Shown here in pieces: positions 20,623 through 30,862 of a stretch of DNA of 64,000 nt. The first letter of the stretch is position 1; each line of letters starts with the position of its first letter. This DNA comes from a virus. The notes beneath the pieces were generated by a model. The model made no database searches. It had not been told where the DNA came from and was given only the letters and a program-made list of their open reading frames with translations. Position numbers and translations under genes: made by a program. The stretch is taken from the IMG/VR virus record IMGVR_UViG_3300032291_002524, positions 32,001-96,000 of that record; one strand, written 5' to 3'.

Positions 20623-21120
20623 ATGGAGACTGTAATAGTATTAAATTTTGATTATACACCATTAAACGTAACTTCTATACGTAGAGGTTTTGTATTAGTG
20701 GACAAAGGAAAGGCGGAGATTTTAAAAGAATATGATGACCCAATTATCACAACAGTTGGTAGGTTGGTGAAACCATTAATTATACGATTATTAAAATTTA
20801 TCAATTATCATAATAAGAAAGATTTAAAAATTTCAAGACAAAGAATCTATCAAAGGGATGGATTTCAATGTGTGTATTGCGGTACGTATAAAAATTTAAC
20901 AATTGACCATGTAATGCCTAAGTCACGTGGTGGTGCCAATTCTTGGGAAAATATGGTTACTTGTTGTTTTACTTGTAATTCAAAAAAAGGTAGTAAAACA
21001 CCTGAAGAGGCAAATATGTCAATGAGAGTTCGTCCGTATAAACCATCGGTATTCTCAGAATTGGTTGCAGGAAGGGCTGCAAATATTTGGCAAAGTCTTC
21101 AGAAAGAAATTTTTAATTAA
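20623..21120 (+). CDS. HNH endonuclease (McrA-like)
   Basis: RDGFQCVYCG...TIDHVMPKSRGG.NSWENMVTCC..CNSKKG. Confidence 0.9.
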   Translation: METVIVLNFDYTPLNVTSIRRGFVLVDKGKAEILKEYDDPIITTVGRLVKPLIIRLLKFINYHNKKDLKISRQRIYQRDGFQCVYCGTYKNLTIDHVMPKSRGGANSWENMVTCCFTCNSKKGSKTPEEANMSMRVRPYKPSVFSELVAGRAANIWQSLQKEIFN

Positions 21121-21183
21121 AAAAAAAAGGTGTCTCACGACACCTTCTTTTTAGATTTGGACCCCTCCTCCCTGTTAGACAGT

Positions 21184-21831
21184 TTATCCGATAACAGTAC
21201 TTCTAATCTGTTCGGCTTTTGAATCCATTTTATCATTAATTTTGTTCAAATCGTCTCCAATTTGTGAACTGATTTTACCTGATAAATTTGCCAAGTATCT
21301 TTCATCGTTCATTAATGACATAACAGTATTTTTAAATACTTGTCCGGTTTTACCCCCTAACTGTTGGTCGATTCCTGATGTTACTATATTATCTTGAAAT
21401 CCTTTAATGTATCCTTTCGCAATTTTATCGGCAATAAAATCATTATCAGAAAAAAGTTTTGGTACTTCTTCATTCGGAGTTGAAACAATTTCGGTTTTAA
21501 CTGATTCAGATGCCCATGGGTCGATATCCATTTTTGTTGTTACCCAATCACCCATTCTATTTTTAACTGTGTCCCAAAAATCTGAATCAAAATCACCAAA
21601 TAAAGATTGTAATATATTGAATAACGATTCGTTAATATTTTGTTTATTGAATTTCTTATTATTGAACTTAACAACTTTATATTGTATCTGTTCGAATAAT
21701 GAATCCAAATCATCACATGATTTTAAAGTTGAGAATTGGTTATTCAATATTTTTGTTTCCAAAATAAAAGAACTTTTTTTTTGGTTATTCTCTTTTAATA
21801 ATTCTTTATGAATTTTCCCTTTTAAGTCCAT
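21184..21831 (-). CDS. hypothetical late protein
   Basis: 215 aa ORF with TATTTAT motif upstream. Confidence 0.7.
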   Translation of the reverse strand: MDLKGKIHKELLKENNQKKSSFILETKILNNQFSTLKSCDDLDSLFEQIQYKVVKFNNKKFNKQNINESLFNILQSLFGDFDSDFWDTVKNRMGDWVTTKMDIDPWASESVKTEIVSTPNEEVPKLFSDNDFIADKIAKGYIKGFQDNIVTSGIDQQLGGKTGQVFKNTVMSLMNDERYLANLSGKISSQIGDDLNKINDKMDSKAEQIRSTVIG

Positions 21832-21844
21832 AATAATAAATATC

Positions 21845-24709
21845 TTAACTTGTTGAATTATTTACTGTGGGTGTTTCGGGTTTATTAAAAATATCTTTAT
21901 TAATGTTGAATGGGTTTTGTAAATTACCAATTCTATTCATGTCAGATATTTTTAATCTGAATTTATTTCTGTGTTTGGCAATACACCACTCAACCGAGTT
22001 TTTAATACTTGTCAAAGTAACATCAGTTTCAATACCCTTCATATTACCAACTGATATTGATTGTTGTATAACAGGTATTTTCTTAGAATATGTATCAATC
22101 AACATTCTACACGTATCCCAATCAGGGTTACCTGTTAAATCAACTCGTTTGGAATATATTAAAATGTCTTTAACATTTTTATTGTTCGCAAATTCTGAAG
22201 ATACTATTGGTTTTTGATTACTTGTTGGAGGTGTTTCAGATGTTGTTTTTGGTTTCGATTTTAAATTTGGGTAGAGATTAATAACTAAATCAGTATCAAT
22301 TTCACCTGTCACGGGTAATTGATTTTGTTTCTGATATTCAATAATAAAATTAGAAAACTCTTTTGTCATCACAGGACCTTGTTCGGTCTCATAACCCATT
22401 TGTGTTTTAATTTTCGAAATAGTATCTGATTTATCTGGATATTGATAGTTATCACTATTGGTTTTTAGTGATATATTACCATCGTTGGCGATAGTATTAA
22501 TGGTTATGTTAGATTTATCATTATATGACTTTGGTACCAACACATTATTAATAATCCTTAAAACAACGTATTCATCGGATTGTTCCAAAATTAAATTTAA
22601 TAGACTATTAAACCTTTCTAATTGTAAGTCTATTGATATTTTTTTCCCCGATAAATCTTTTTCATATTCTTTGGGTATTGCAATTTGATAAATATTATTT
22701 CCATATTTTTCATAAATTGTTCTAACATATGCTAATGGAACTGATATATTTAAATCTTTAGATTTTGTAAGAATTTCGGTAATTAGATTTGTATCTAATG
22801 GAATAGTAATCGGTTCTCTCGAATTTTTAGTGTAAAACTTAAATAATCTGTTTAATTTTTCAATTTCAGAACCACCAGTTATGTTGGTATCATCTTTAAC
22901 ATTAGATTTAACCGATAAATAATCATCTTTATATAGATTCCAAGCTTTTGACGTTGATGGCCCGTAATAACCATATCCCTGACCTTTATTTAATTTACCA
23001 CCCTTTAACCATGTTGGGTAATTAGTGTCTAGCCAATCTTGAAATTGTTGTACTTTACCCGGACCTGGAAAAGTTTTAACATCACCACCTGATGTTTTAA
23101 CTTTATTTAATTTTGTATTATCTTTTTTTTTTGTTTTGTTTAAAACAGGTTGTTCTTTTAATATTCTAGCCAAACCAATAACATTTTCGTTCATTTTTTG
23201 AACCCAAGGCCAAGTAAATATAATTTTACTAAACTCAGGATGGTCTTTCATTAATTCAGTAGAAACTTCAGTATATACTGTTTCTGGGTCTAATGATAAT
23301 TCTAATAAATCTTGGTTATTTGGTACTTTTTTATTTTTAATAATTTCATTAAATAAATTACTAATCTTTTCATTTTCCTTATTTGTACCTGCTTTTGACC
23401 AAATTCTATCAACATATCTTTTTAAATCATTAAGAATTTTAGTTCTTGTATTATAATCAAAAGTAATTGTTTCACCATCACGATTTATGGCTTTTAATAT
23501 CACATTTTTATCGGAATTATTGAATGGAATCCAATCAGAATTTTCATTTCTTGAATCTAATTTAATTTGCATTTGTGAGTATCCATCGACACCACCATAA
23601 GATTTTGTAACTGCCTTCATAACAGTGTTTATGGATTCTAATGTTGAAACATCACTTGTCATAACCGTTAAAAATTGAAAGTCAGGATTTATACTATTTT
23701 CACTAAAAACAATATTATCAATATTTTTAATATTTTGTTCACGTAAAAACCTTAAAAGACTTTGTCCTCCTGAAAGTTCTTGAAATTTTGATAAAAAATA
23801 AATAAAATTAATTCCGTCAAAATTTGTCGTTATATTGTTAAATAACTCCTCAACTTCACCTGTTGTTGTTTTAAACCAACTTTTTGTGTTGAAAAAATCT
23901 TGAGCGTATTTATCCATTTCCGCTTTATTTTCTTCTGTAATGCCATAAATATTTGATATTTCTTCAGGTGATAAACCTGATGTTAAAATATCTTGATTAT
24001 TTAAAAGTAGTTTAAATAACTTAGCTCCTTTTGTTTTTAACGACTCATCAATAATAGTATTTAAAGAACTTCCACCTTCATTAAGAAGTCTATATAACGG
24101 TTTTAGAAGACCCGTAGACGCTAAAATAGACAAACCCCAAAAATATTTTGATTTTAACATTGGAACAACCAATTCTTTTGAGCCTTTAATAACATCTTTT
24201 AAAATTGGTAATATACCAACTTTAAGTGTAAATCCTTGTATTTCCTTTTCAAATCTACCATATTGTTCTCCCTCTAATAATTGTTTAAAAGTACTTAAAA
24301 ATTTTCCTTTAGTTAAATCATCAGAATTTTTAAAATCACTTTTAAATGTTTCCGCTAATTCTTTAATATACTTAGGGTCAATGTCATCTAACCTACTATT
24401 TAATTCTTTAATAAAATTTTTTTGATTTGTATTAAAATTTTTAATATCAATATTATCTAATTTATTTAATTCATCTAACAATTTTGTTTTAGTATCTATT
24501 TTTTCGGTAACTTCAACGCCACTTCTATATGGTGATTCTTTCTTTATTTCAAGATTAAAACCTTTCACATCGTTATCGTCAAGAGCATTTAACTTATTAA
24601 TTAGTTTTGGCTTAATTCCGTCTGAGAATTTAAATTTAATTATTGACGCTTCATTAATTGCCATCAAATTTTTTATATGAGTTATTTCATTAATAATATT
24701 ATTTTTCAT
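21845..24709 (-). CDS. large virion-associated protein with peptidoglycan-binding-like motifs
   Basis: 954 aa; VQQFQDWL...GYYGPST and EYQKQNQLPVTGEID resemble PG-binding repeats; one hydrophobic segment. Confidence 0.6.
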   Translation of the reverse strand: MKNNIINEITHIKNLMAINEASIIKFKFSDGIKPKLINKLNALDDNDVKGFNLEIKKESPYRSGVEVTEKIDTKTKLLDELNKLDNIDIKNFNTNQKNFIKELNSRLDDIDPKYIKELAETFKSDFKNSDDLTKGKFLSTFKQLLEGEQYGRFEKEIQGFTLKVGILPILKDVIKGSKELVVPMLKSKYFWGLSILASTGLLKPLYRLLNEGGSSLNTIIDESLKTKGAKLFKLLLNNQDILTSGLSPEEISNIYGITEENKAEMDKYAQDFFNTKSWFKTTTGEVEELFNNITTNFDGINFIYFLSKFQELSGGQSLLRFLREQNIKNIDNIVFSENSINPDFQFLTVMTSDVSTLESINTVMKAVTKSYGGVDGYSQMQIKLDSRNENSDWIPFNNSDKNVILKAINRDGETITFDYNTRTKILNDLKRYVDRIWSKAGTNKENEKISNLFNEIIKNKKVPNNQDLLELSLDPETVYTEVSTELMKDHPEFSKIIFTWPWVQKMNENVIGLARILKEQPVLNKTKKKDNTKLNKVKTSGGDVKTFPGPGKVQQFQDWLDTNYPTWLKGGKLNKGQGYGYYGPSTSKAWNLYKDDYLSVKSNVKDDTNITGGSEIEKLNRLFKFYTKNSREPITIPLDTNLITEILTKSKDLNISVPLAYVRTIYEKYGNNIYQIAIPKEYEKDLSGKKISIDLQLERFNSLLNLILEQSDEYVVLRIINNVLVPKSYNDKSNITINTIANDGNISLKTNSDNYQYPDKSDTISKIKTQMGYETEQGPVMTKEFSNFIIEYQKQNQLPVTGEIDTDLVINLYPNLKSKPKTTSETPPTSNQKPIVSSEFANNKNVKDILIYSKRVDLTGNPDWDTCRMLIDTYSKKIPVIQQSISVGNMKGIETDVTLTSIKNSVEWCIAKHRNKFRLKISDMNRIGNLQNPFNINKDIFNKPETPTVNNSTS

Positions 24710-24761
24710 ATTTTATAAATATATATTTTTTTTATTTAGTGTACCTATTAAACTTTAGAAA

Positions 24762-26216
24762 TTAAACACAAACATTTTTACCATTAATTTGAATTGAGTC
24801 TGGGTCACCATAAATTAAAGACGCCGGAATATTGTTTATCATTAAAATAGTTCCTTTTTCACCTCCTAAAACATACTTAGCACTACCTTTCTTATATTGG
24901 TTTTGTAAATATTGATTACAAGGTGAATCAATTACTTGTAAAACTTCCTCCATATATGTGTTTGGATTTTCATTTGCAATTTTAATAGATTCTTCTTTCA
25001 ACTCAGATAATAATTCATTTCCTTTACTTATTATAATTTCTTTTGTTGGATTTTCTAAGTTTTTAACTTCATCATTTGAAGTATTACCTAAATTAATAAT
25101 GTTTGTTGTGTCTTTTTCAGGTACTATTTTACCAGCTAATCTAAATTGTTCAGATGACGGTGTAACACCTTTTTTCTGCCATAAATCAGGTCCTCCTGCA
25201 ATTAATCTTAATTCATCAATACCTAAACCAATTGTTGAATTTAATAATGGACTAACCGTTTGTGAGATTTTTTCTTCATTAATTTTAATTAATGCAACCA
25301 TAGCACCTGCAACAGGTAATGCATTTAAAAATAAAATACTAACATATCCGGCAATTGCGGTACCAAGTAATTGAGATAATTTTTTATTAATGTATTCTAC
25401 AACTTTTTTAATTGGTTCTGTTATTGGTTTACCAATGTTACCAAAACTTTTAATAAATTTTGTTATCCAAACTTTAATGGTTTGAATTAACCCATCAATT
25501 TGTTTTACATTTTTTCTAATCCATTGTGAAGCGTTTTTAGCCCCTTTAAATGACGCACCTATTGTACCAAATAACGCAACGGTATATGCACTTTCTTTAA
25601 CTCTATTCCATTTTTCATCACTATTCGGGTCATTAATCGCATATAAAAAATCAATTAATAATATTAAAACGTCAACACCCCAATCAATTATTTGAACTGC
25701 AAGAAATCCAAGACCTTCTGTGACTGAACCAAATGCAACACTAATTGCTGTTTGCATAACCTGCATGGATGTTGATTGCCATATACTTCTAAATTCTAAA
25801 AACCATTTATATAGTGTTGATATGTCTGATGGAATAGTTCTTAGTGGTTTTAATTTGCTGGCAATTTCTAAAGTTTGTTTATCAATACCTAAACTTCTTG
25901 GGTACCATCCTTGTGGACCTAAAACATCTGATTGTGGTATTTCAGGTTCATTAATCGGTATCGGTTTTGCAATTATACCTAAAGAAGGCTGTATTTTTTT
26001 AGGATATTGTGACGGTGTTAAATTAGGATATAATGTTGACGCTCTACGAACATTCGAAGGTATTTGTATTGGTCCACCACCTTTTAAATTACCTGAATTA
26101 TCATAATAAAAAGTATTTTGTTCTAAAATTAATATTTTATTTTCCGATAATGTTTTTGATGAATCATAATTCATCTTTAATAAAATATCTCTTAAAATTT
26201 CTTGATGATTGTTCAT
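24762..26216 (-). CDS. hypothetical protein with hydrophobic helices
   Basis: 484 aa ORF coupled to 26213-26515. Confidence 0.7.
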   Translation of the reverse strand: MNNHQEILRDILLKMNYDSSKTLSENKILILEQNTFYYDNSGNLKGGGPIQIPSNVRRASTLYPNLTPSQYPKKIQPSLGIIAKPIPINEPEIPQSDVLGPQGWYPRSLGIDKQTLEIASKLKPLRTIPSDISTLYKWFLEFRSIWQSTSMQVMQTAISVAFGSVTEGLGFLAVQIIDWGVDVLILLIDFLYAINDPNSDEKWNRVKESAYTVALFGTIGASFKGAKNASQWIRKNVKQIDGLIQTIKVWITKFIKSFGNIGKPITEPIKKVVEYINKKLSQLLGTAIAGYVSILFLNALPVAGAMVALIKINEEKISQTVSPLLNSTIGLGIDELRLIAGGPDLWQKKGVTPSSEQFRLAGKIVPEKDTTNIINLGNTSNDEVKNLENPTKEIIISKGNELLSELKEESIKIANENPNTYMEEVLQVIDSPCNQYLQNQYKKGSAKYVLGGEKGTILMINNIPASLIYGDPDSIQINGKNVCV

Positions 26217-26515
26217 AATAATGTATTTCCTTTACCTCTGACAACACCTGAATCCCATTTAGTGTTACCAATTTGGTTCCCTTTACCTCTTTTAACACCC
26301 GACTCCCATTTAGTATTACCAATTTGATTACCTTTACCTCTTTTAACACCCGAATCCCACTTTGTCACAGTTGGATAACCTTCTTTTCCCCCACCACTAG
26401 ATGGCGTTGGTGTTTCAATCTCATCTTCTGATAATTCTTCATCTTCTGATAATTCTTCATCTTCAGATAGAAATCTAATCAAATCTTTAATTTTTTTTAT
26501 TTCGTCATTTATCAT
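26213..26515 (-). CDS. small protein with 17-aa repeats
   Basis: KW(D/E)SGV(K/V)RGKGN three times and EDEELS repeats. Confidence 0.7.
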   Translation of the reverse strand: MINDEIKKIKDLIRFLSEDEELSEDEELSEDEIETPTPSSGGGKEGYPTVTKWDSGVKRGKGNQIGNTKWESGVKRGKGNQIGNTKWDSGVVRGKGNTLL

Positions 26516-26542
26516 TAAATATAAATATCGTTCAACAATTAA

Positions 26543-26836
26543 TTATTCATATTCTAATGATGGTAACTTATCAGGATAGACAACGTAGAACTCATTTAAA
26601 AAAGATATCAATTCATCTTCATCGATATAATCAAAAAAATCATTGTCATCCGATGAATCATCATCTTCAAATAAAAACTCAGTTATAGGTGTTAAAAATC
26701 CATATCCAAATTCATCAAAGTATGTATTTTCGATTTCATCGATTCTAACCATATCTTCATCGTCATTAACTAATCTAAAAACAACCTCAGTTGTTTTTTC
26801 ATTTTGATTATATGATAATAGTTCTAAAATTTCCAT
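26543..26836 (-). CDS. acidic hypothetical protein
   Basis: 97 aa ORF. Confidence 0.65.
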   Translation of the reverse strand: MEILELLSYNQNEKTTEVVFRLVNDDEDMVRIDEIENTYFDEFGYGFLTPITEFLFEDDDSSDDNDFFDYIDEDELISFLNEFYVVYPDKLPSLEYE

Positions 26837-26894
26837 TTTTAGTTTTATTATTGTGTTCTAAGTAAAATATTTAGTTTTTATCTAAAAGATAGGT

Positions 26895-27551
26895 TTAATT
26901 ATAATTAGTAAATCTTTTAAACCAATTTAACGATTCTTTAATTGATTCTTTAACGTCTTCAATTTGTTCATCGTCTTCCATTTCGGCGAACATTCCATCT
27001 GTTGCCAAAGGTCCGTCAGAATCGAATTCATAGGCCGGTTTTTCGTTAGGATACATTTCCATACCGTCGGCAGATAAATCCAAACTTAGGTCATCTTTAT
27101 CTTCTAATGAATATTTTAAATCATCATCGAATTGTTCAGGACCTTTTGAATCAAAGTCATATGCACCGAAATCAATATCACCGTAAGGTTCTTGAATACC
27201 AGCATAAACTTCTTCATCAACTTCCTGTTCAACATAATCAAATGAACCATATTTAGGTTCAGCAACCTGCCCTTCCATTTTATACCCACATTTCATACAT
27301 TCACCTTCATACATTGTGCCGCCACATTCGCATGTCATTTCTTTACTTTCGCGTAAGTTCAGATTCGAGTATGTTCTTACATTACCATTAGAAGTAACTT
27401 GAACTCCGTTTTTATCACCTGCAGGGTCATAAACACGAATTCTATTATCGGGTTTGGGTAGTTGCATGGTTTGATAACCATTATATATTGAACTGTGTTG
27501 TGATAACAACGCTTGTTTTTCTTCTTCTGATATATTTAACATGTATTTCAT
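26895..27551 (-). CDS. acidic hypothetical protein with Zn ribbon
   Basis: CECGG..YEGECMKCG. Confidence 0.7.
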   Translation of the reverse strand: MKYMLNISEEEKQALLSQHSSIYNGYQTMQLPKPDNRIRVYDPAGDKNGVQVTSNGNVRTYSNLNLRESKEMTCECGGTMYEGECMKCGYKMEGQVAEPKYGSFDYVEQEVDEEVYAGIQEPYGDIDFGAYDFDSKGPEQFDDDLKYSLEDKDDLSLDLSADGMEMYPNEKPAYEFDSDGPLATDGMFAEMEDDEQIEDVKESIKESLNWFKRFTNYN

Positions 27552-27601
27552 AACAATAAATATAGTTGATTATGATAAATGTATTTCATATCATTTTTCT
27601 T

Positions 27602-27997
27602 ATGAAAAAATATTTACTATTACTTTTTAGTTTTCTAACCACAAGTGTATTCGCACAATATTCAACATCTAAAATTAAAACCAATTTCATCAGCTCATCG
27701 AAAATGATTTGGAACTACCAAGAAGATAAATGGGATTTTAAACCAAATAATGACATTGAAAGTTTTACCACAAATTGGACATTTTCTGTGAATAGTTCAA
27801 ACCAAGGAATGGTGACTAATGGGACAATAAATTATGATATTTTAGAATATAACTATGTGGATGAAACCACGGTCTTATTAAGACTTTATAATGTTAATGT
27901 TTCAAGAGAAATGCATATGGTCGTTTTGAAAAAAGACGGTAAATTTGTAATATCCATTTTTGACTATAACCAAAGAATTGCCTACTTTTTCTTATGA
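27602..27997 (+). CDS. secreted hypothetical protein
   Basis: signal peptide MKKYLLLLFSFLTTSVFAQ. Confidence 0.7.
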   Translation: MKKYLLLLFSFLTTSVFAQYSTSKIKTNFISSSKMIWNYQEDKWDFKPNNDIESFTTNWTFSVNSSNQGMVTNGTINYDILEYNYVDETTVLLRLYNVNVSREMHMVVLKKDGKFVISIFDYNQRIAYFFL

Positions 27998-28293
27998 TTA
28001 ATAAAGAAATAGATTTAGACGATTACGCCGAAGGTGCGGTAATGCTTGATGGATTTGAAGATTGTATAATTGGAGTTGTTGAAGAATTTGGCAATGGTCG
28101 AAGATTATTATATGATAAACAAAAAATGATTAATAAACTTTGTTCAGATAATTTAATGACCAAACATGAATCCGAAGAGTTTTTCATTTATAACATATTG
28201 GGGTTACATGTTAACGAACAAAACGCGTTGTTCTTAGACCAAAAGATAACACCAGTAATTTCTGAAGGTCATATAACTTATAATGTTGAATGA
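27994..28293 (+). CDS. hypothetical phage protein
   Basis: DGFEDCIIG...YDK.KMI...EEFF.YNILG pattern. Confidence 0.7.
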   Translation: MINKEIDLDDYAEGAVMLDGFEDCIIGVVEEFGNGRRLLYDKQKMINKLCSDNLMTKHESEEFFIYNILGLHVNEQNALFLDQKITPVISEGHITYNVE

Positions 28294-28649
28294 AACGAAA
28301 TCAATTAACATATGGGACTGAAATCGGTTCACAACTTGTTAAAGTTGATTTAAATATGTTTGAACTATATAAAGAACAAAAATTAAATATAACCGACAAA
28401 CATTATCATCAAAAAATCGAAGACATAAAACAAGATATAATTGATTTATTGAATGAAAAAAAATGGAACGATATTGTGTGGATGACAATCAAATTCAAAC
28501 CACAAGAAACCGTAAAAGTTCATTTATATATTAAAGAAGATGGTGAATATTTAACATCTTTAATAGGTCCAAAAGAATGGAATAAGAATTACGAGCATAT
28601 TGGTCAATTTGTTTTATCATCAGAATCAAATACTTTTAGGAAAATTTAA
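28290..28649 (+). CDS. hypothetical protein
   Basis: 119 aa coupled ORF. Confidence 0.65.
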   Translation: MKRNQLTYGTEIGSQLVKVDLNMFELYKEQKLNITDKHYHQKIEDIKQDIIDLLNEKKWNDIVWMTIKFKPQETVKVHLYIKEDGEYLTSLIGPKEWNKNYEHIGQFVLSSESNTFRKI

Positions 28650-28671
28650 TTTTTTTGATTAACTTTGTAAT

Positions 28672-29322
28672 ATGAAATTAGTTTTAAAACCAGGACAAAA
28701 ATTATTTTTTACCAGTGATACGCATTATAATCACTCAAATATTTGTCGAGCGACCACAAATTGGGTTGGTTCTGAAAATTTGACTCGTGATTTTAAATCT
28801 TTGGAGCACATGAATTCAACTTTGGTTAATAATATTAATGAAGTTGTTGGTGAAGATGATATTTTAATCCACTTGGGAGACTGGTCTTTCGGCGGATTTG
28901 AACAAATTGAAGAATTTAGAAATAAAATCTTGTGTAAGAATATTCATTTGATTTATGGTAATCATGACCATCACATTAGAAGAAATAAAGAAAATATTCA
29001 ACGATTATTTTCTTCAACCCAAGATTATTTAAATCTTGATTTAAGAATTCCTAATGGGAAAAATACTGATAAATTAACATTAGTTTGTATGCACTACCCA
29101 ATCGCAAGTTGGGACAGCATGAACAACGGTGTTATACATTTACACGGTCACGTTCACTTACCACCAAACCTGAGAATTGCGGAAGGTAGAGCCATGGATG
29201 TCGGTGTTGATGGTAATAACCTATATCCAATTTCGATTCAAGAAATCAAATCTTTAATGAAAGGTAGACCGGTTAAAAAATTGGTTTTACCGAAAGACCA
29301 TCACGAAACAAATAATAAATAA
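28672..29322 (+). CDS. calcineurin-like metallophosphoesterase
   Basis: SDTH, HLGD, GNHD, HGHVH, DVGVD. Confidence 0.9.
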   Translation: MKLVLKPGQKLFFTSDTHYNHSNICRATTNWVGSENLTRDFKSLEHMNSTLVNNINEVVGEDDILIHLGDWSFGGFEQIEEFRNKILCKNIHLIYGNHDHHIRRNKENIQRLFSSTQDYLNLDLRIPNGKNTDKLTLVCMHYPIASWDSMNNGVIHLHGHVHLPPNLRIAEGRAMDVGVDGNNLYPISIQEIKSLMKGRPVKKLVLPKDHHETNNK

Positions 29323-29334
29323 TAAAATTAAAAC

Positions 29335-29754
29335 ATGGAAAATATCACAAACGATAAAGTAATTATACTATTGCGTGGAATTCCTGGCTCGGGCAAATCC
29401 ACTATAGCTAAAATGATTGTGGGAAATGAAAAAGAGTACCGTCACAAAGAAGCTGACATGTATTTTGTTGACGAAAATGGTGATTATAAGTTTAAACCAA
29501 GTCAAATAAGAGATGCTCATCAATGGTGTCAAGAAAGTGTTGATTTTTTAATGAGTCATTCTCATTCCCCTGTCGTGGTATCAAACACATTCACACAAGA
29601 ATGGGAAATGGAACCATATTACAAAATGGCTGAAAAGTATGGTTATAGAGTTCACTCACTAATTGTTGAAAACCGCCACGGTGGTATAAATGAACACGGT
29701 GTTCCTGAAGACAAGTTACAAGCGATGAGAGACCGATTTGAAGTAAAATTATAA
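29335..29754 (+). CDS. P-loop polynucleotide kinase-like protein (AAA_33)
   Basis: RGIPGSGKST, EADMYF, VVVSNTF, HGVP. Confidence 0.85.
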   Translation: MENITNDKVIILLRGIPGSGKSTIAKMIVGNEKEYRHKEADMYFVDENGDYKFKPSQIRDAHQWCQESVDFLMSHSHSPVVVSNTFTQEWEMEPYYKMAEKYGYRVHSLIVENRHGGINEHGVPEDKLQAMRDRFEVKL

Positions 29755-29772
29755 AAAAATTATAAAAAAATT

Positions 29773-30171
29773 ATGAAAAAAATATTATTTCTATTATTCT
29801 TGTTACCCATGTCTATATTTGGACAATATGTAATGACACCAACCCATTATGATTCGGAGCACGCGGCCAAACATATAATGAAAGGACATATTAAAATGTT
29901 TGTTTCAGACACTGTAAAGTTTGTGACTGAAAAAAAACGTGAGAGATATATTACTGATTGCGACGCAACACCAAATCAAGTAAAGACCAAATTAGATAAA
30001 GTATTTAAACAAGGTATTCTTGAACATGTTAGCAAACGAGATGGTGGATACATTTTTACCATTGCTGTTATTGACCCAAACGATAATACCAAAATTATTA
30101 ATTATTGTACCTTTCATGTTGATGAATTAAATCAAAAAATTACTGAAATTGAAATTTTACTAGGAGAATAA
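29773..30171 (+). CDS. secreted hypothetical protein
   Basis: N-terminal signal peptide. Confidence 0.65.
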   Translation: MKKILFLLFLLPMSIFGQYVMTPTHYDSEHAAKHIMKGHIKMFVSDTVKFVTEKKRERYITDCDATPNQVKTKLDKVFKQGILEHVSKRDGGYIFTIAVIDPNDNTKIINYCTFHVDELNQKITEIEILLGE

Positions 30172-30180
30172 AAACAAACT

Positions 30181-30861
30181 ATGAACAATACAGATTTTAA
30201 AAACTATTTTACCAAACACTTGGGTAAAGGCTCATTAATGTTGGATTATTACAACCAAAGAATTGAAGATTCGATGACACCTTATATTTTGGAAGAAAGA
30301 GAGATGAGAGTGACCCAGATGGATATTTTTTCACGATTAATGAGGGACCGTTTACTATGGGTGGCGGGGCCTGTTGATGATAACATGTCCACAGTTGTCC
30401 AAGCACAATTAATGTATTTAGATTCGGTTAATAATATGGACATAACGATGCACATTGATTCGCCAGGTGGCTCTGTTAAATCCGGTTTATCGATGATTGA
30501 CGTTATGGATTATATATCATGTGATATTCACACCATTAATACCGGTATGGCAGCATCCATGGGTTCCGTGTTGTTAGGCGCTGGAACCAAAGGTAAACGT
30601 TCGTCTTTAAGATTTTCACGTACCATGTTACACCAATCTTCAGGGGGTTTCCGTGGAAATATCCAAGACGCTAAGATTGATATGATTGAGTGGGAGAAAG
30701 TGAATAAGATTTTATTTGATTTGTTAGGTTCATATTGTGATAAATCGGCAGAACAAGTAATGGAAGACGCTTCTCGTGACCTGTGGTTAGATTCCAAATC
30801 TGCGTTAGAATACGGAATTATTGACGAAATTATTACATCAAAAAATAAAATGAAAAAATAA
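30181..30861 (+). CDS. clpP: ClpP protease subunit
   Basis: MDIFSRLMRDR, IDSPGGSV, GMAASMGS, MLHQ, RDLWL. Confidence 0.95.
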   Translation: MNNTDFKNYFTKHLGKGSLMLDYYNQRIEDSMTPYILEEREMRVTQMDIFSRLMRDRLLWVAGPVDDNMSTVVQAQLMYLDSVNNMDITMHIDSPGGSVKSGLSMIDVMDYISCDIHTINTGMAASMGSVLLGAGTKGKRSSLRFSRTMLHQSSGGFRGNIQDAKIDMIEWEKVNKILFDLLGSYCDKSAEQVMEDASRDLWLDSKSALEYGIIDEIITSKNKMKK

Positions 30862-30862
30862 A

